DNA of 64,000 nt from Haplodiscus bocki (lineage: Eukaryota), in NCBI GenBank assembly GCA_965655095.1, contig OZ296648.1, positions 193,874,001 to 193,938,000 on the forward strand. The letters are read 5' to 3'. A model generated the notes under the pieces. It saw nothing but the letters and a program-made list of their open reading frames with translations. It ran no database searches and was not told where the DNA came from. The position numbers and the translations under genes were made by a program. Positions 36,421-50,128 of the stretch are shown here, piece after piece. The stretch's first letter is position 1. The number at the start of each line of letters is the position of its first letter.

Positions 36421-37949
36421 GTAGGTTCTTTTTTGGATGATTTTAGAATTTTTAATGATTTGAGAGTTTGAGCAATTTTTGAAAGATGCCCTGTGGTGAA
36501 TTCCGAAAGTTTATCGGCGCTGATTTGCAGAATTGACTGTTTTCTACCGGGTTCCGAGCTGTTTGAAATAATTCCAGCGCAGTTTGATGAAATCAGGTGT
36601 TGTTCGGGTTGATTTTTAGTAATCGGCGCTGTGCAGTATTGAAGTTTCCAACCATTGTTTATATGAGAGCTTTTCAGTAGTCATTGGTCTGATAGAAACA
36701 TTGAACGTAGCTTCGTAACAGCGTTCATCTGATACACAAAGTTGGCAAAACTGGTTTTCCTGCTCCATATCACGAAAAATCCTCATCAGCCTGAGTTTTC
36801 TGTAGTTTTGATTCCTTAAATACCGTGTTGGACTCTAGGAAGAGAGGGGAGATTAATCTGCGAATCAAGACATGACTCAACTCTTAGGTCTAGCCTACTA
36901 GCTCCTCAAAGCTAAGTTGTGTAAACTCTGGGGCTACCTGACCCTGATATTCAGTGATTCATGTATACTCATTATATCTCAATAACAAAAACACTTTCAG
37001 TATTCTTGTAAAAATTTTTTTGGGTCATTTATTGTTGCTTTTTAAAGACTCCTAGTACGCAAACTCAAACTCGGTTTTATGTGCCTACTAGCTGTCAGAG
37101 GCTGCTTTTTTGGCTCCGTCTTTCCGGAGGGATTCATCTCTTTAGAAGACTTGCATCAGTTGATCATTGATCCGGGGACTGAAGTTCGTAAAGATGCTTT
37201 ATCGACATCTACGATGTTTACTGCGTCTTGTACGGAGTTGAATCAACAAGTTCTGACGGTCCGTAGCTTGGCTTCGTTCACGACTTTCTCAACCTCAATT
37301 TTCAATTTTGAAAATGTCCGGGCAAGGCTTCAATTTCTTTCATGATGCTGGCTTTTTTGTACTTCGCCCACAACTTTGCTCAAAGGGTCCATTCGTTGAA
37401 ACTGTTCCTCATCTAAGCAGAAGAAGCCTGCCAAGTTATCACTGATCATCAAGAGTTGCTCGGAAGAGTAGCGATCGCTAAAAATTTTTCAATCATTCGA
37501 CTTGTCCGTTCGAAACGAAGTGGTAGTCTTGATGAACTTTTGCTGAGGTTATCATCTTTCATCTCATTTCGTTCGTTATCCACACTGCGCTTTTTGTCGC
37601 GGGTTCGTGCTGGGGGCAAAAGTTCATGGTCAGTTCTGTTTTTTTTTTATTGAAAACCATCTATGTCCTCTGACGATGTTCTACAGGCACATCTTTGAGG
37701 TTTTTCAATGAAAAAAAATCTTTTGTTCCTCTAACTCCTGTCATAGTCGTTTCAGCTTCTGTTGCCTTACTTATGGTTGTTTGCGGTTTGAATGGAAAAG
37801 TTCGTCATTTTCGTCAGTTCTTGATTTTTGAAATTTCTAACACTCACCTCTTCTTCGGGAAAAAGAAAAATCTTCGTTCCCGACGACCGGTCAGACAATC
37901 CTTTACGGTAACTTCGATTTTCGTTTTTATTTCATTTTCAGCGCACTCT

Positions 37950-40700
37950 TATTATTTCACTGTCCGTTCTCTGTTGCCTCGCACCTCCTTCGATTTTAGC
38001 GCTTTTTTGCCAGGCTATACCTCCAAAAGTCCTGAAAAGCGGCTCTAGAGTTTTTCAAGGTCAAAAAGTTTTCCACAGGAAGCCAAAAAGTGTTGTTCTT
38101 TGTTCTCGTCAAAAGTGTGCACGTCCGATACTCAAATTCTCTGTACAGCACCCGGTTACCAACCCAGTAATTTTTGTAGCGTGTACGGTTTGGCCTTCAA
38201 GATATAATTTGGTTTAGATGAGCTTCGTCCGATAAAGACCCAAGAAAAACCAATTTGCTTTTTCTACATGAAAGACACGTTGCATCCCCGTGCCGACCTC
38301 TGAGTGGTCGAAAATGATCACTTTTTATCCAATCGTCTTCCACCATGTTCAACAGGTTCCGCTTTTTGTGAGGGACTGAAGGAAAATTTGGAGGCCGTAG
38401 TTTTTTGGAATTCTTTGAAATTTGTTTAAAAATCATGGTTTTTCAGCCCCTAGATGTCATAATTCTAACAATTGGAATTACGGTTTACTAGTGAAATCAT
38501 CAAGAATTATTCAACGTGTTCTCATAGCGATACACTACTCGAACCCAAATCCTTTGGGGGTAGTACGAGCAATTGACCTTTTCTCTGGGCTGCAAAATTT
38601 GAAGTTCGAACTATTTCAGTTTTTTTTCAATGTTTTGGACCTGTAGGGTTACTGGTAGCTGTCAAAAAACGTTGAAAGTCTTCCTACGTGTCTGTGGTGA
38701 TGCACAATCAATCATTTTGAGGTTACTGAGGTCAGAAAAGCTAAAGGGAAAATTTTGCGCTCCGGTCCGGGTGCTCTCAGAAATAATCATTAAAAGTATA
38801 CTGGCTGGATTTTTTGCGCTTGAATATATTGCCTAATTGGTTATAGACACTCCAAGAGGTTGTGAAAAGTATTTGATATCAACAGAATACCGGCAGATGC
38901 TTGATAAGGTGTTCGCAGTGTTGCAACTACTCGGCAGCCAAGCTCCCATTTTCACAATTTCAGCTGAAGAGGTTCTCTAAGAGAGCCTTCGGCCTCGGAA
39001 CTTTTACGAAATGTGTTTGTGGTGCTCTGAAAGGTGGTACACGCTATCAATAGTTCCAAAGATTGCAACACCAAAGTTGGTGGTGTCCTAGGACTAGGTG
39101 CGCTACTATTGGACACGTGAGTTTGCATATTTCAGCATTTTATTCTTGGACTCAGGTGGTTTTCGCCTAAAATTTGGTCTAATATCGTCAATTCTGATTC
39201 GATTATCCTGATGATTGGCACTCGAGCTCTCCGTTTTCCAGTGAATCTAAATTCATTCTCAGATTAGGTTTGCCGGCAGTTGGGATTTTTTTCGGTCGTG
39301 AAAACGATATTTTCAGAGATATACCCCAAATGTTTTCTGGGGTTTGGGACTTTTTCTCGACCACTACTTGCTTAAATGGGCTAAAACTTGGCCAATCGTT
39401 GTTTCGTTGTTATATGTGTAGTCAGAGTCGGGTCCAGTCCACTGGGGTAGCTGCTACTATGCCACACTACAAGGTTGAACTTCTCGCAAAATGCGGTTCT
39501 ACTAAAGCTCGAATTTCCGATTACGTTCGTCCATTTCCAGTTGGAAGGAGCTGGAAAGTCGCCTGTTAGTTTAAAAGATTGCCTTGAATCTGAATCTTAG
39601 CTTCGATTTTTTGTCTGAAAACTCATATACGATGAGTTTACCTCAAAATCGGCTTCCCGACGGCCTTTTTGGCTAGAACATCCAAGGTTTTCTCTCAGTC
39701 ACTAACATAATATCTAAATAATATCAGTGTCTAATTTTTGGTCTGTTTTCGCTTATTCTGGAGTTTCTCTCTCACTCTCTGATTATTGTGTCTCCGATGG
39801 AGTTGGTTGGGGATGTTGGGCTCCGCAGGTTTGTGTTTTCCCGCCCTAATACTTCTAGGTTGCTCACTTAATGCAAGCATGTTAAGAAAACATCCAAAAT
39901 GGAAATGAGCATTTTTTTCGACATTGCACGATCTCAAATTTTCATTAGCGCAAGCTTTCTTTTAGAATATGAGTTTTCGTATTTTGGCGAAATTTTACGG
40001 ATTTACTGCTGTCATCCCCTAAAACCGTTAGATGTGGCTGAAGAACCAAAATACTTACCAACAAAAAAAAACATAAAGTTTGACAGTAACACCGAGTTGT
40101 TTTCCCAGAAAGCAAACACAAAAAATTTCTCTAGATGTCTCAGAAAGTTTTTCTGATACCCCATGAGATAATTTTTCTGAGAAAGGTAAAACAAATTTTT
40201 GAAATGAAATTTTTCTCAGGCAAAAAATATGGCACCAAAAGGTGTCGAAAGCTCAACTCTTAGGCAAACTTTCACAGGGAAAAGCGTGGTTGTTCTGATA
40301 TTTTTTGTCAGAAAAGCTTAAATTTTCCAAGAAGAAATCCCTCGCGGATATTTTGAGCCATTCATTCGGCGCCGACTTGGGCTGTTTCCGGCTTGTTTAA
40401 ATTTTCTCAGACAGTAGACTGACTTACTGCGAATTGACGCACTTTTTACATAATCGATCAAATGGCTCAAATTGGAGTACCTATTTCTAAGCTACCAGCT
40501 GTACCATACCTTCCAAACTTCATAAAATAAAAAAAATGTTCGAGAGACTTTTTTGCTGGTACGTCAAAAAGTATCCCGAAAACTAAAACAAGAAGTTTTC
40601 GTGTTACTTGTTTGTGTTTTCCAAGTTTTGAATTAAAAACACAAACCCCCAGAAAAATTCGTCATCTCTTTTCTTCAAATATTCCTGAATTTTTCCAAAT
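37950..40700 (-). mobile_element. Heavily decayed Gypsy/Ty3-like LTR retrotransposon pol remnant
   Basis: Faint motifs in RT-RNaseH-integrase order: KSAPN and KISFQKFV..LSHGV (RT), FQLEMDE..PCSVA (RNase H), DSVYHLSEHHK, ILLISNTF, HPDRSAKFS and WVGNRVL..FW (integrase). Many stops; LTRs not identified. Confidence 0.45.
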
Positions 40701-43700
40701 CGTTATCAACAGAAGGTGGACATTAGAGTGTGACGGTACCAAGAGAGGATCACAACGAACTTTTTTAGTGAGACAATACTTTGGGCTGACAAAAAAGATC
40801 TGCATGCTGAACTTTCCCCAAAATGAAAAAATTTTACTCCTGCGAATGTTTTGAGCCTAATTGGCAATTTGTGGTTAGTCAACGTAATTTTCTTCTGTAT
40901 TCGAGGTTCTTGAAGGTCCTCAAGTCTTTTCTGACCATTAAAGTACGAGATAAACGTCTGAGATAACAGCCCAACCAAGATAAATTGTAAGCAAAATTGA
41001 AGCGATCTTTTTCCTTTGCAGAACGTTTTAGTACTTGCCACTTTCTGTATAAAAACAATCTTTGCCCCAGTTTCAGGGTTTCTGTCATGTGTTGTTTTAG
41101 TAGAGTGGAATGAAGCCGATTGTACACCATCAACACGTCGAATTTTTCTTCTTAAGAAAAACAACTACGGGTTGACGACCTGTTATATCCCAAATTTCCT
41201 GCCGCTGAATTCTGTTTTTTAAAGGGCAAAAGCTTTTATTTTGACTATTATTTTTACAGCAAGCTTGGAAATGGTAATGTTTTTCCATTAATCGATGACA
41301 GACCATTCAATACAGCAGTGACAATTTTGTTCAAAAAAATTTTCGAGAAGTTTTCGAGAAGTAAAGAGCGAAAATTCATGTTTTTTCAATTTTTCAATCC
41401 GGGTTTCTCAAGTAAGTTTTCTAGCTTCTTGCGACTGGTAGAACGGCAAATCATGCACGTAGTTGTTGTAAGGATGCCCATCTGCACTAGTGCGTTTCCT
41501 GTTTTCAAATTAGAATTTTTCGATGAATAATATAGCTTTTGCCCCCCCCCCCCCAAAATCGATTTCCTTCCTCTTTTCCAAGGAAAATTGTCTTTTTTTG
41601 TCAATTATTGAGCTCCATAGACTCCGTTTTGGCGTCATTTCAACTGGAATTTACGACGTCCGGTCGCTACTGTGGTTTGCATATGCAGTTCTACATTTGT
41701 GGTTTATGCTGTTAAGTTATACCAAACAAATATTTACTAAAAACCTTGAGTTGTTTGAATTCTTTGATGCGAATTAGGGGTATACCGAAAAATAAAAAGT
41801 CGAGAACATCTCAAAGTATGTGTTTCTGAGCAATTGGTCGCGACCATTTTCAAACAGTGCATAAAAAGTTGATAAAGGGGGCACTGGCGTTTTGAAAATC
41901 TGTGAGTTATCTTTCCTCTGCAGTACTATTCCATAGGTGCGGAAAACTGCTTTTCTCGCAAGATCTTGCTAGGGAAGGCATTATTCTTGCATGCTCTTTG
42001 AAGATTCTTCCAAATTATACATATCTTGCAAAAGTCTTGCAAATAATATCTTGCAAGATTCTCACAAAAAATTATTTTTGCTCATCTAGGGTTAGTTGAG
42101 TAAAATGAAATTTACTTAATCAGGTGTCGAAAGTCTTCGAGAAAAAAAATTAAAGGAGAATCGACTGTCACTGACATTTTTTTTTATAAAAGCCTTCACT
42201 GAATTGATATGCAAACTCAAACTTACCAGCATAAATTCATGATCACCATTTGACTAATCATAGATTATAAAAAAGGGGCGAAATCAAAGCAGTTGAAATG
42301 TATGCACAATTTAATGGCGACTTCTGTAAGCAGGAAATACAGCAAGTATTATTTGTAAATGTGAAGTTACTCGTACACGTTGTCACTGTCAATCAAAAAA
42401 AATTGAAAAGGAAAATACGAGGAGAACCAATTTTTTCATACCGACACGCCAGTGTGAACGGAAATTATAAAACTGTTTTTTGCCTTTTCTAATTGACTGT
42501 GTACTAACGATTATCTGTAATTATACACTGGTAATAAAAATAATTGCCTGTAATTCTCATTTTCAGGAACATTTTTGGTAGTAAATGCCGCAAAAAAGCG
42601 TCGGTGGTACTGAAAATTCGGCGTCAAGCTCCCGATCAAAACTAAATTTGTTTGAGAATTACCAGCCGAAATTTTCGGTTGCAGCAAACATGTGACCGGT
42701 TTTGGTCAACAGTAACGGCGACTCTAAAAGCCTGTTTTGCATCACCAAAAGTAGCTCTAACGACTTTTTGCTTAAAACAGAAAAAAAGGAGCCAAAAGTC
42801 TTTTTTTGAGGCCTTGTTTGAACGAATGATATGACGTCACGGAGATGCGTTTCAAAGGAATTCTAGCTAGGCAAATGACCTAAAAGGCAATGCATTAGAA
42901 CGTGAGATTCTTTTTTAAACGAAAACCAAATAATTGTTAATTTCTTGACATGTTTTCCATTATTCTATGCACTTAATGTGTGTTCCTATAAAAATGTCGT
43001 CACTTGAGAAGTGACATCTGGGGTTGTCAGTCTTTGTGGAGTCATAGGTGTAAAAGAACCAAACAAATGTTAATGAAAATTCTAAAAAAAAAGTTCTACA
43101 AGCATCAATCGCAATTACCGGGAAAAAATTCGGGAACTTCGACGCCGCATGTAAAACCAAGAACTGTACCCTATTGAGGGACATTTTGTTGCTTTCAAAC
43201 ATTTGGATATTCAAAAAAATCACCTGAATGGGTTGCCTTAGCAGAGCGGACACGTAGCAGACATAGTAAGATTGAGATGGGTTCAGACGTAAAATAACCA
43301 CGTAATAGAGGCTGGTTGCGTTTGCATCTCTAGAACCGACAATGGGCTTTATATATTTTTCCGGAGCCTTAATTTGAGTAAAGATCAAACTTTAACAGTA
43401 ACTTTCATTTTTTATTCGGGGCTTTGGTAATTTTGCTAAAAAGCGAGATTATTATTGTACTTATTAAATTTTTTATACGGAAGAGCTCACACTGTTAATG
43501 CAATAGATACACCTTCGGAAAGCTCTGACTACTTTGAATTGAGCAACAGCTACCGGACAACGGAAAATCCTCATCAGGCAAAATTTTCAGTAATTTTGAT
43601 GCCCTAAATAACGTGTTGGGCTCTGGGAGAAGAGGGAAGGTTACCTTGTGAATTAATGACATCTCACAACTCTTCGGATCAACCTGCAAGCTCGTCAAAC

Positions 43701-44892
43701 CTGAAATTGTCGCGTAAAATTTGTGACTGTCTTACTCTAATGGTCGGTGATATCTATTTGGTAGCGAAAATGAAAAATTCCAGAGACATTCTTTTAATTT
43801 GACCCCAAATATCGAAATAATAACAAGGAAAGTTAATTTTCTGCTCTCATCTCGGTTTTTTTGGGGTCTCTGCTTGTGGGATTTGAGGATCATTCTGGGG
43901 GTCTGTTACATTTTCGCGGGTTTGTACTTGCCAACCTTCATAAGTCTGGGTTGCTCATTTCATGCCAGCATGTTGAAAAATGAGCGATCGCCAATTTTCA
44001 TCTGAAAGTTTACACTACATCTCAGAAACGAGCAGTGTTGATCAATATTTTTAGAGAGCGCACCAATAGGCTGGAGAGCGCGTGGAGGGTTCATCAGTCT
44101 TCTGTTCAATGTTTTCATATTAAATTTTATTCATGCCTGAAATAAAGTCTTCATCTTTTCCCCGTAGAATATTGACACATTTTTTACTATGAGAAATAAT
44201 GATGACTGAGAAGATATTGGATTGTCAAATGCATTCCTTTCTTTAACAGAAAGGTATGCAGTTTTCAGAAAAGTGAAACTTATTGACTTCTCCGTCTAAT
44301 GTGTATACTAATGTGTTGATCGAAATAATTTATTAATTTCTTTGAAGCAAAAAATTAGCATTTTCTGGAGTATTTTGAGACTATCACGTATTGGCATTTA
44401 CAAATCGAGTTCGATCGGAAACGGAATTCTTTCAAATTGATTGCTCCAGTTTTTTGTGGACTACTGTTGCTTGGTTTACAAATTGGGTTACATACTAAGA
44501 GAAATTGGTGACTGTTCTATCATACTGTTGCGATGTTTTGTCGTTTTCTTACCATATCGGCATGAGAATCTTTTAGAAAGGTATTTTTGTTGAATATTAA
44601 AACGTAATAAAGTTTCATTGACGGCTCTCTCGATCTATTTACAGCTTTGGACTCCCTCCGCCATGAGAACCGACAAGTAATTGTTGAAATAGGGTTTCAA
44701 AAATCATCGTGTGACCTCAAATCATTCCTTTCAAACTGAATCCACTGAGGAAAACTAGGCAACACATTTGCAGATTGGTTAGTGGTTCACAGGAGAGTTC
44801 CTCAAACCACCATCCTTGGACATCTATTATTTTGACAGTCTTCAATTTTTTTCGATCCGTTCACAACTGACACAAGTTCCTAGATTTTGACG

Positions 44893-44966
44893 AAAGAGGA
44901 GGATTGGCCAAGGCTCGAACCTGGGACTATTCGCGCCGCAGTTGCGTGCTCTACTAATTGTGCCCT
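44893..44966 (-). repeat. tRNA-derived SINE-like head
   Basis: Minus strand gggcacaattagtagagc (A-box-like)..cccaggttcgagcct (B-box). Similar degenerate heads occur near 4555-4615(-), 30310-30363, 57995-58080 and 61381-61452. Confidence 0.45.
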
Positions 44967-45429
44967 TGTCGATTAAGAATCAGTGTTTTTATTTAAAATA
45001 TTAAGCGAATGAATTTCATCATTTTGAAGGAGCGCGGCGACAGAGGATTACCATAGCAAATGAAAACTTAGTAGTAGGACTTTCCCATGAGCTATAGACT
45101 GTTTGTCATTTCCTTGTAGTCTTTGACGAAATGGACTGCGAAGTTTTCCCTCAAATTTTAGATTTTTGCAACAAAGACTTGTCCATTTAGGGATAAATTG
45201 ATAAAAGGATTTTGTTATTTAATAGTTGTTTTGAGTCATCTTCAATGCGCCCGACTGCTTTTTGCAAGGTTAAAACATATGTTTCTGGATAAAATCGGAA
45301 AAAATCAAATGGGGCATTAGATTATATATAAAAAAGCACAAAACAAACCTTTGTTGAATTCAGTAAGAGTTACGCCATCCCAACGGCTTATCAGTTAATC
45401 AATTGAATATCAGCACAATAAATTGCAAC

Positions 45430-45710
45430 ATTAATTCTAAAAATTAACGAACCCTGCTGAAAACTTAAATTTCCTAATTTCGAATGTAGCGTGACCTGGC
45501 ACACAAAACAGTGACTAAGACTGACAACGCCCAACACCAACTATATCAACAACTCATTGAACAAAAAGTGATTGATATGAAGACACTGAGTTTTTAATGT
45601 AGATGCTGTTGGGCGTAGTCGGTCCTACTGGTTTGTGTGTGAGTTCTGTCTCTATTCAAAATTCGGTAACTTAATTGTTCGGTTGGGCTTCTTACTTTTT
45701 AAACAGTTCA
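45430..45710. repeat. Imperfect long palindrome, MITE-like
   Basis: gactgacaacgcccaaca..caactca pairs with tgagtt..tgttgggcgtagtcggtc, with weaker pairing further out. Confidence 0.6.
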
Positions 45711-45801
45711 CTAATAATTATTACTTTTATTCCATGTAAATCAGATGTAGTAACTGTTAAGCTGGTATAATAGTTGTAACAATAAAGTAATAAAGTATTC
45801 T

Positions 45802-45827
45802 TCTCTCTCTCTCTCTCTCTCTCTCTC
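45802..45827 (+). repeat. (TC)n microsatellite
   Basis: Visible dinucleotide run. Confidence 0.95.
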
Positions 45828-46177
45828 GCATAATGAGCTGAATTTCACAATGAAACTGCAAGATGTTTCATGTGTCTGTTTTCTGAAATTCGGCCTGATT
45901 TCAAATTTGATCCTGACGGAAGCCGGAATGTTTCGATCACGGTCGGAATTCTAGTGCAACTCTATTGGTTGCCTCAGGCTGAAAAAGTTATCTTGTTCGG
46001 AAAGTTGTCAAACTAAATTTACAGCAGTCACATTCTTGGGTGACACCATCTGGTGAAAAGTCTGTCCCGTCCAAACCTAATTTGTCGCTCGTTTGGTTAA
46101 TAATGCATATAATCCTGAAGCTGAGAAACTTTTTGTAACTAAAACTTCTCTGAGGCTGTAAATATTTACTGATTCAG

Positions 46178-46377
46178 GTAAGTTGGGGACGTCTTCAAGT
46201 AGCAAACACATTTGCACGTGCCAGAAACCCCGGCAGACGACAGACGTGTCTTCCACTCCAGTAGCGAGTGACGACACCAATTCTCTTAACCAGTCAGAGG
46301 TACTGAAGGACAATAGCAATGAAGACAATGAACTTTTGGAAGAAGTTGGACCGAATAATTCCGCAGCACTTGTCGAG
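46178..46377 (+). CDS. CEP192: CEP192-like exon, linker
   Basis: gattcAG (phase 1, fits 36420), open frame, gag|GTTATG (phase 0, fits 48431). Confidence 0.65.
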
Positions 46378-47151
46378 GTTATGATAAATACCTCCTGACA
46401 TTTTCATCGTGTATAAGCCGTCGTCGTGTACAGTAGTGATTTTAATTAAAGCGACAACTTTAATGCATGAGCCAACTTTAAGCACGAATAACTTCGGGAA
46501 TAATCATTTTGGACAAAAATACCAGAAACAAAATATTCTTAGAGTTTTTAGATCATAATGGTGTTTGTTTAAAAAATTTCCAACGAATGGAGCAAAAACT
46601 AGAAAATGCTTTTTTGGCCAAATTTTCCATTCTTTGAGAATTTCGTAACTATAAAAAATTATTAATGGAACTTTACTTCATCAATAGATGCCGCTGAAGT
46701 TTCTGCGACAGCTGATATCATCTGTCGGCGGAAAAGTTTTCAAAAACTATTCCGAGATTCATCTTGAATCTACTAAATTTGAAAATCAATGTGTTAAAAT
46801 AGGATGTTAAAATCATACTTTTACTTTTTTCAATTTCTTAAAATTCAAAGTTGTGAAAAAAGTGTTAAATATAAAAGCTCTTGGGAATAACCAAAACTAA
46901 CAAATTATGTAATTTGTTTTATGCGGTGTCGGTTCACAAATCCGAAATAATAAAATAAGTTTTGAGTTGAATTAAAATCAACCAATCAAATTTAAGTAAT
47001 ACATGCACGTGCATCTTCGACCCACTTATTTTAACGTATAAGTATTTCAAAAATCGAATTGTAGCAAAGGCGTCAAGTAACAATTCTGAGTGTAATGAGA
47101 ACACGCATACAGCCCACAAAGTGAGCAGAGCGGTCAATGTGGTAGTGCCGA

Positions 47152-47295
47152 AGGGTTAGGGTTAGTATTGCTGATTACTTTTTCAATTTAGCCAAATTAT
47201 TTTCGGACTTGTGCAACCCAAATTTATTTTCGAACTTGTGCAACCCAAATCCATTTTCGGACTTGTGCAACCCAAATTTGTTTTCGGACTTGTGA
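47152..47295 (+). repeat. 27-bp minisatellite (~3.5 copies) preceded by a short AGGGTT/GGGTTA motif
   Basis: ttttcggacttgtgcaacccaaat repeated; agggttagggttag at ~47152-47165. Confidence 0.85.
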
Positions 47296-48430
47296 ATAGC
47301 CGCCGTTTCTTGCTATTTACGTCATTGTCAAGATTTTTTAACGAAAACTGCGCAAATTAGTCAATATTCGCAATGCTTGCAAAGTTTATTTACTCAACTT
47401 TGGGACGCAATTTTTTTTACCTCTTTGAAATACTTGCTTTGGAAAATGAAATAACCAAGTGGTAGCCCTTTTAATGAGCTTTCTCAGAGTACATTTGTTT
47501 ACTCTGATCTATTATTTACTTCTCCATTTATGATTTTGTAAAGCTTATCAAAATTGCTTAGTCGCATTATTTAAAATCACTACTGTAGCTGTCGCTGTCG
47601 AATGTACGGCGCATTACCGTACAAGTTTTTAGTCAAAAGTTCATAAATTGAAAAATAAGTCCGTCATAATTGAAGTGCCGTCTTTCCGGCGGACTGGTAA
47701 ATGACCAGTTTTAAGACAGATATACGGTGTCCGTGACCTCGGTGTAGAGAAAACGGGCTGCCAAAGCATTATTTGCATAGACTAATCCCAGCATAAGCTA
47801 TTTTCTTTATATTTTGTGGACAAACATACAATTTTTTCAGTGTGTGAACCTATCGGCCCAAAATTTTTTGATGATACCTTATCCATGTGACGAAATTTTT
47901 CAAAATAAGACCAGAAACAAAGTAACTTAACCTCTCTACCTGTACTCGATTTTTTTCCTTTGTTGGCAGATCTCAGAGGAATTTAGCTTTTTCTTAGTTT
48001 GCTTGATTTTCGCCAATTGGCATTCAGTTTTGAGACAGACTTTCAAGTTGTTGTTAGTGACTTTAATTTTTGTCACGTTTCTTGAAAAAGTCTTCTCAAG
48101 TAAAGGAAATCGGTGATGATTGCCTTGAAATTATTGTAATTTGGGCATTTTGGCCTTATTTAATTTTATTTAATGTCTTTTGATATCAGTGTTTTCATAG
48201 TGGCAAACTCTCATGTTCAAAACTTTCAAAAATTCCATATTTCTTCATAAAAGCATTGTGTAACCGATAAATATTGCTATTGATACGGGTTTTCAGGTTT
48301 GAAAAAGTTCAAGGTCTAAAAGAGTTTGTTTGCGCCTGGAATGAAAAATTTTGTGTTTTTCTCGAATGAAAATAAAATCGCAACGTCCTTCTTGTTTCTG
48401 TATGTTTTGAAGTTTTTGTGTTTTGTTCAG

Positions 48431-48582
48431 GTGATGAAACCTGAAAAAATGATGGGTCAAATTGAGAAGCATAGAGAGAGGAGGATGGATTTGAAGAGCA
48501 AGATCGTTCTGTCAAGTGTAGAGTATCTGTTCTTCACTGGTGGATCTGCGTCAAAACCTGAACAACTCACGTGCTTACTCAA
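48431..48582 (+). CDS. CEP192: CEP192-like exon
   Basis: ttttgttcAG; IVLSSVEYLFFTGG..LTCLL; aa|GTAAAA (phase 2) gives LLKNNSS with the next exon. Confidence 0.75.
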
Positions 48583-48843
48583 GTAAAAGCTTCTTGGTCT
48601 CACTTCTGACTCTTGTTTTCTTGGTTGTATTGTAACCTGTTGGTAATTAGTTTTCTTCCGGTTGAAAACTCGCCATTTTTTGGAAATTTTCACAAGTATT
48701 CTCACTCAAATCCAAGGAATATTTTACCAAAAGTCTTGGTCGCCTCCGGACAGCTGTTCTGCTAAATGACGATATACAGCAGATGATAATGCCGAAAAAA
48801 CTCAAGAAAGCTGAAAATGTCGCGACGTAAGTTTTTCATTCTT

Positions 48844-48929
48844 GCAAGTAATGATCTCAAAATTATCGATCTAGCGATCGGTTGATCGAAGCAAGTAATG
48901 ATCTCAAAATTATCGATCTAGCGATCGGT
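48844..48929 (+). repeat. Short tandem duplication (47-bp period)
   Basis: gcaagtaatgatctcaaaattatcgatctagcgatcggt occurs twice. Confidence 0.9.
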
Positions 48930-49035
48930 GGTCAAAAATAGCGAAGGTAAAACCCTGGTGGTGGTTTTCAAAATCTGGATGTCATTGAAAGTGGAAAGAG
49001 AATACAGAAACCTTCCTGAGATTCCTTTGTTTCAG

Positions 49036-49371
49036 AAACAACTCTAGTTACTTTGCCAAGTGGAAATTCTCAATCTCGCAAGCAACTCGTCTGTTCTCTG
49101 TCGCAGAAGTTTGTCGCCGATTTAACGAGGAGGAGGGCGACGATTTGAATGGTGCTCCAGAAGGTATCACTGTAGCCCCTCAAGAGGTTCTCAGAGTCTC
49201 TGTTCAGTTCCAATGTGCCAACTCTAAACTCGATTTCCTTACTGGTTTTCTTATCATCAGTCCTACTTACAATGATTCCTTCAGTTTGGACGAAGATACT
49301 GCCGCGATTCAGAATTCGGGGTTTCCAGCTGAAAATAATCTCGATCATGCAGCTCCCACTAGTTCCAGACA
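49036..49371 (+). CDS. CEP192: CEP192-like exon, ASH domain
   Basis: tttgtttcAG (phase 2); NNSSYFAKWKFSI..ITVAPQEVLRVSVQF; ca|GTGATT (phase 2). Confidence 0.8.
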
Positions 49372-50128
49372 GTGATTACCATTTCTTTTTTCAAGAAAAA
49401 TTTTTTTAAAGGTTTCTATATAAGATGACTTCCACCCATTCAAACTGAATTGTTTAGAAGAATAGTATGAATATCAGGTACCTTACAGAAGAATTTACAC
49501 TAAGTTCGTTCAAGTTTTATGAATGAATTCAAGTCCGAAAATTTTATTCTGCTCAAGGCAATGGGCCATGGCTAAAATTAATAATACGCAGTTGAAGGCT
49601 AAAACTGAAAATTTGTCTATTGTCAATTTACCCCAAAAACCAGATTTTGAAGCGTCCTTCGGATTTTTCCATTTGATGTTTATACTAATCAAATCCAATT
49701 TTCGATCCATTTCAAAGGGTCCTGTAGCATTGAAATTATTCATATACATCTATGGAAATTGTTCACGTATTCAATATAAACTCATCAACCAATTTACTCG
49801 AAGTTATTTTGTTCAACCAAACGTTTGCTTAAAGATCTTTTGTCTTGAAGGAGTTCCGGTTTTGAATCATTTTTTCTCAAAAGCCCTCATGAAAATTATC
49901 GCTAAAATTAGTTGAATCAGATTTTTTTTTTCATGAAAAGGCCGAAAAGTACATTATCAATTATTTTAAGGTAGAGTAGGATTATTTTGTTGGTAAACAA
50001 TTATTAGGAAACCATTTTTTCCTGTTCGTGCAATCGGCAGATGTTCGATCGAAAACTTCTCCCAAATAAATAAAGACGGAAAATAATGTTTACATGAAAG
50101 GTATTCAACTGATGATCACTGCTCCCAG

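Noticed and set aside
36440-45150. Hypothesis of a giant antisense gene rescued by U-to-C RNA editing or stop-codon recoding (TAG/TAA as Gln, TGA as Arg)
   Set aside because: Restoring T to C makes any frame, including a control intronic stretch near 60841, look like a natural disordered protein. Stop density (about 57 in 1040 codons at 39561-36442, manual count) is near random, several frames look equally good, and decayed Gypsy pol motifs explain the coding-like core.
47192-47295. CRISPR-like array
   Set aside because: Units are directly adjacent with no unique spacers; eukaryotic context, no cas genes.
48717-48826. Extra CEP192 exon ending in ac|GTAAGT
   Set aside because: Exons 48431-48582 and 49036 already join in phase to give the conserved LLKNNS, and this segment's acceptor phase does not fit.
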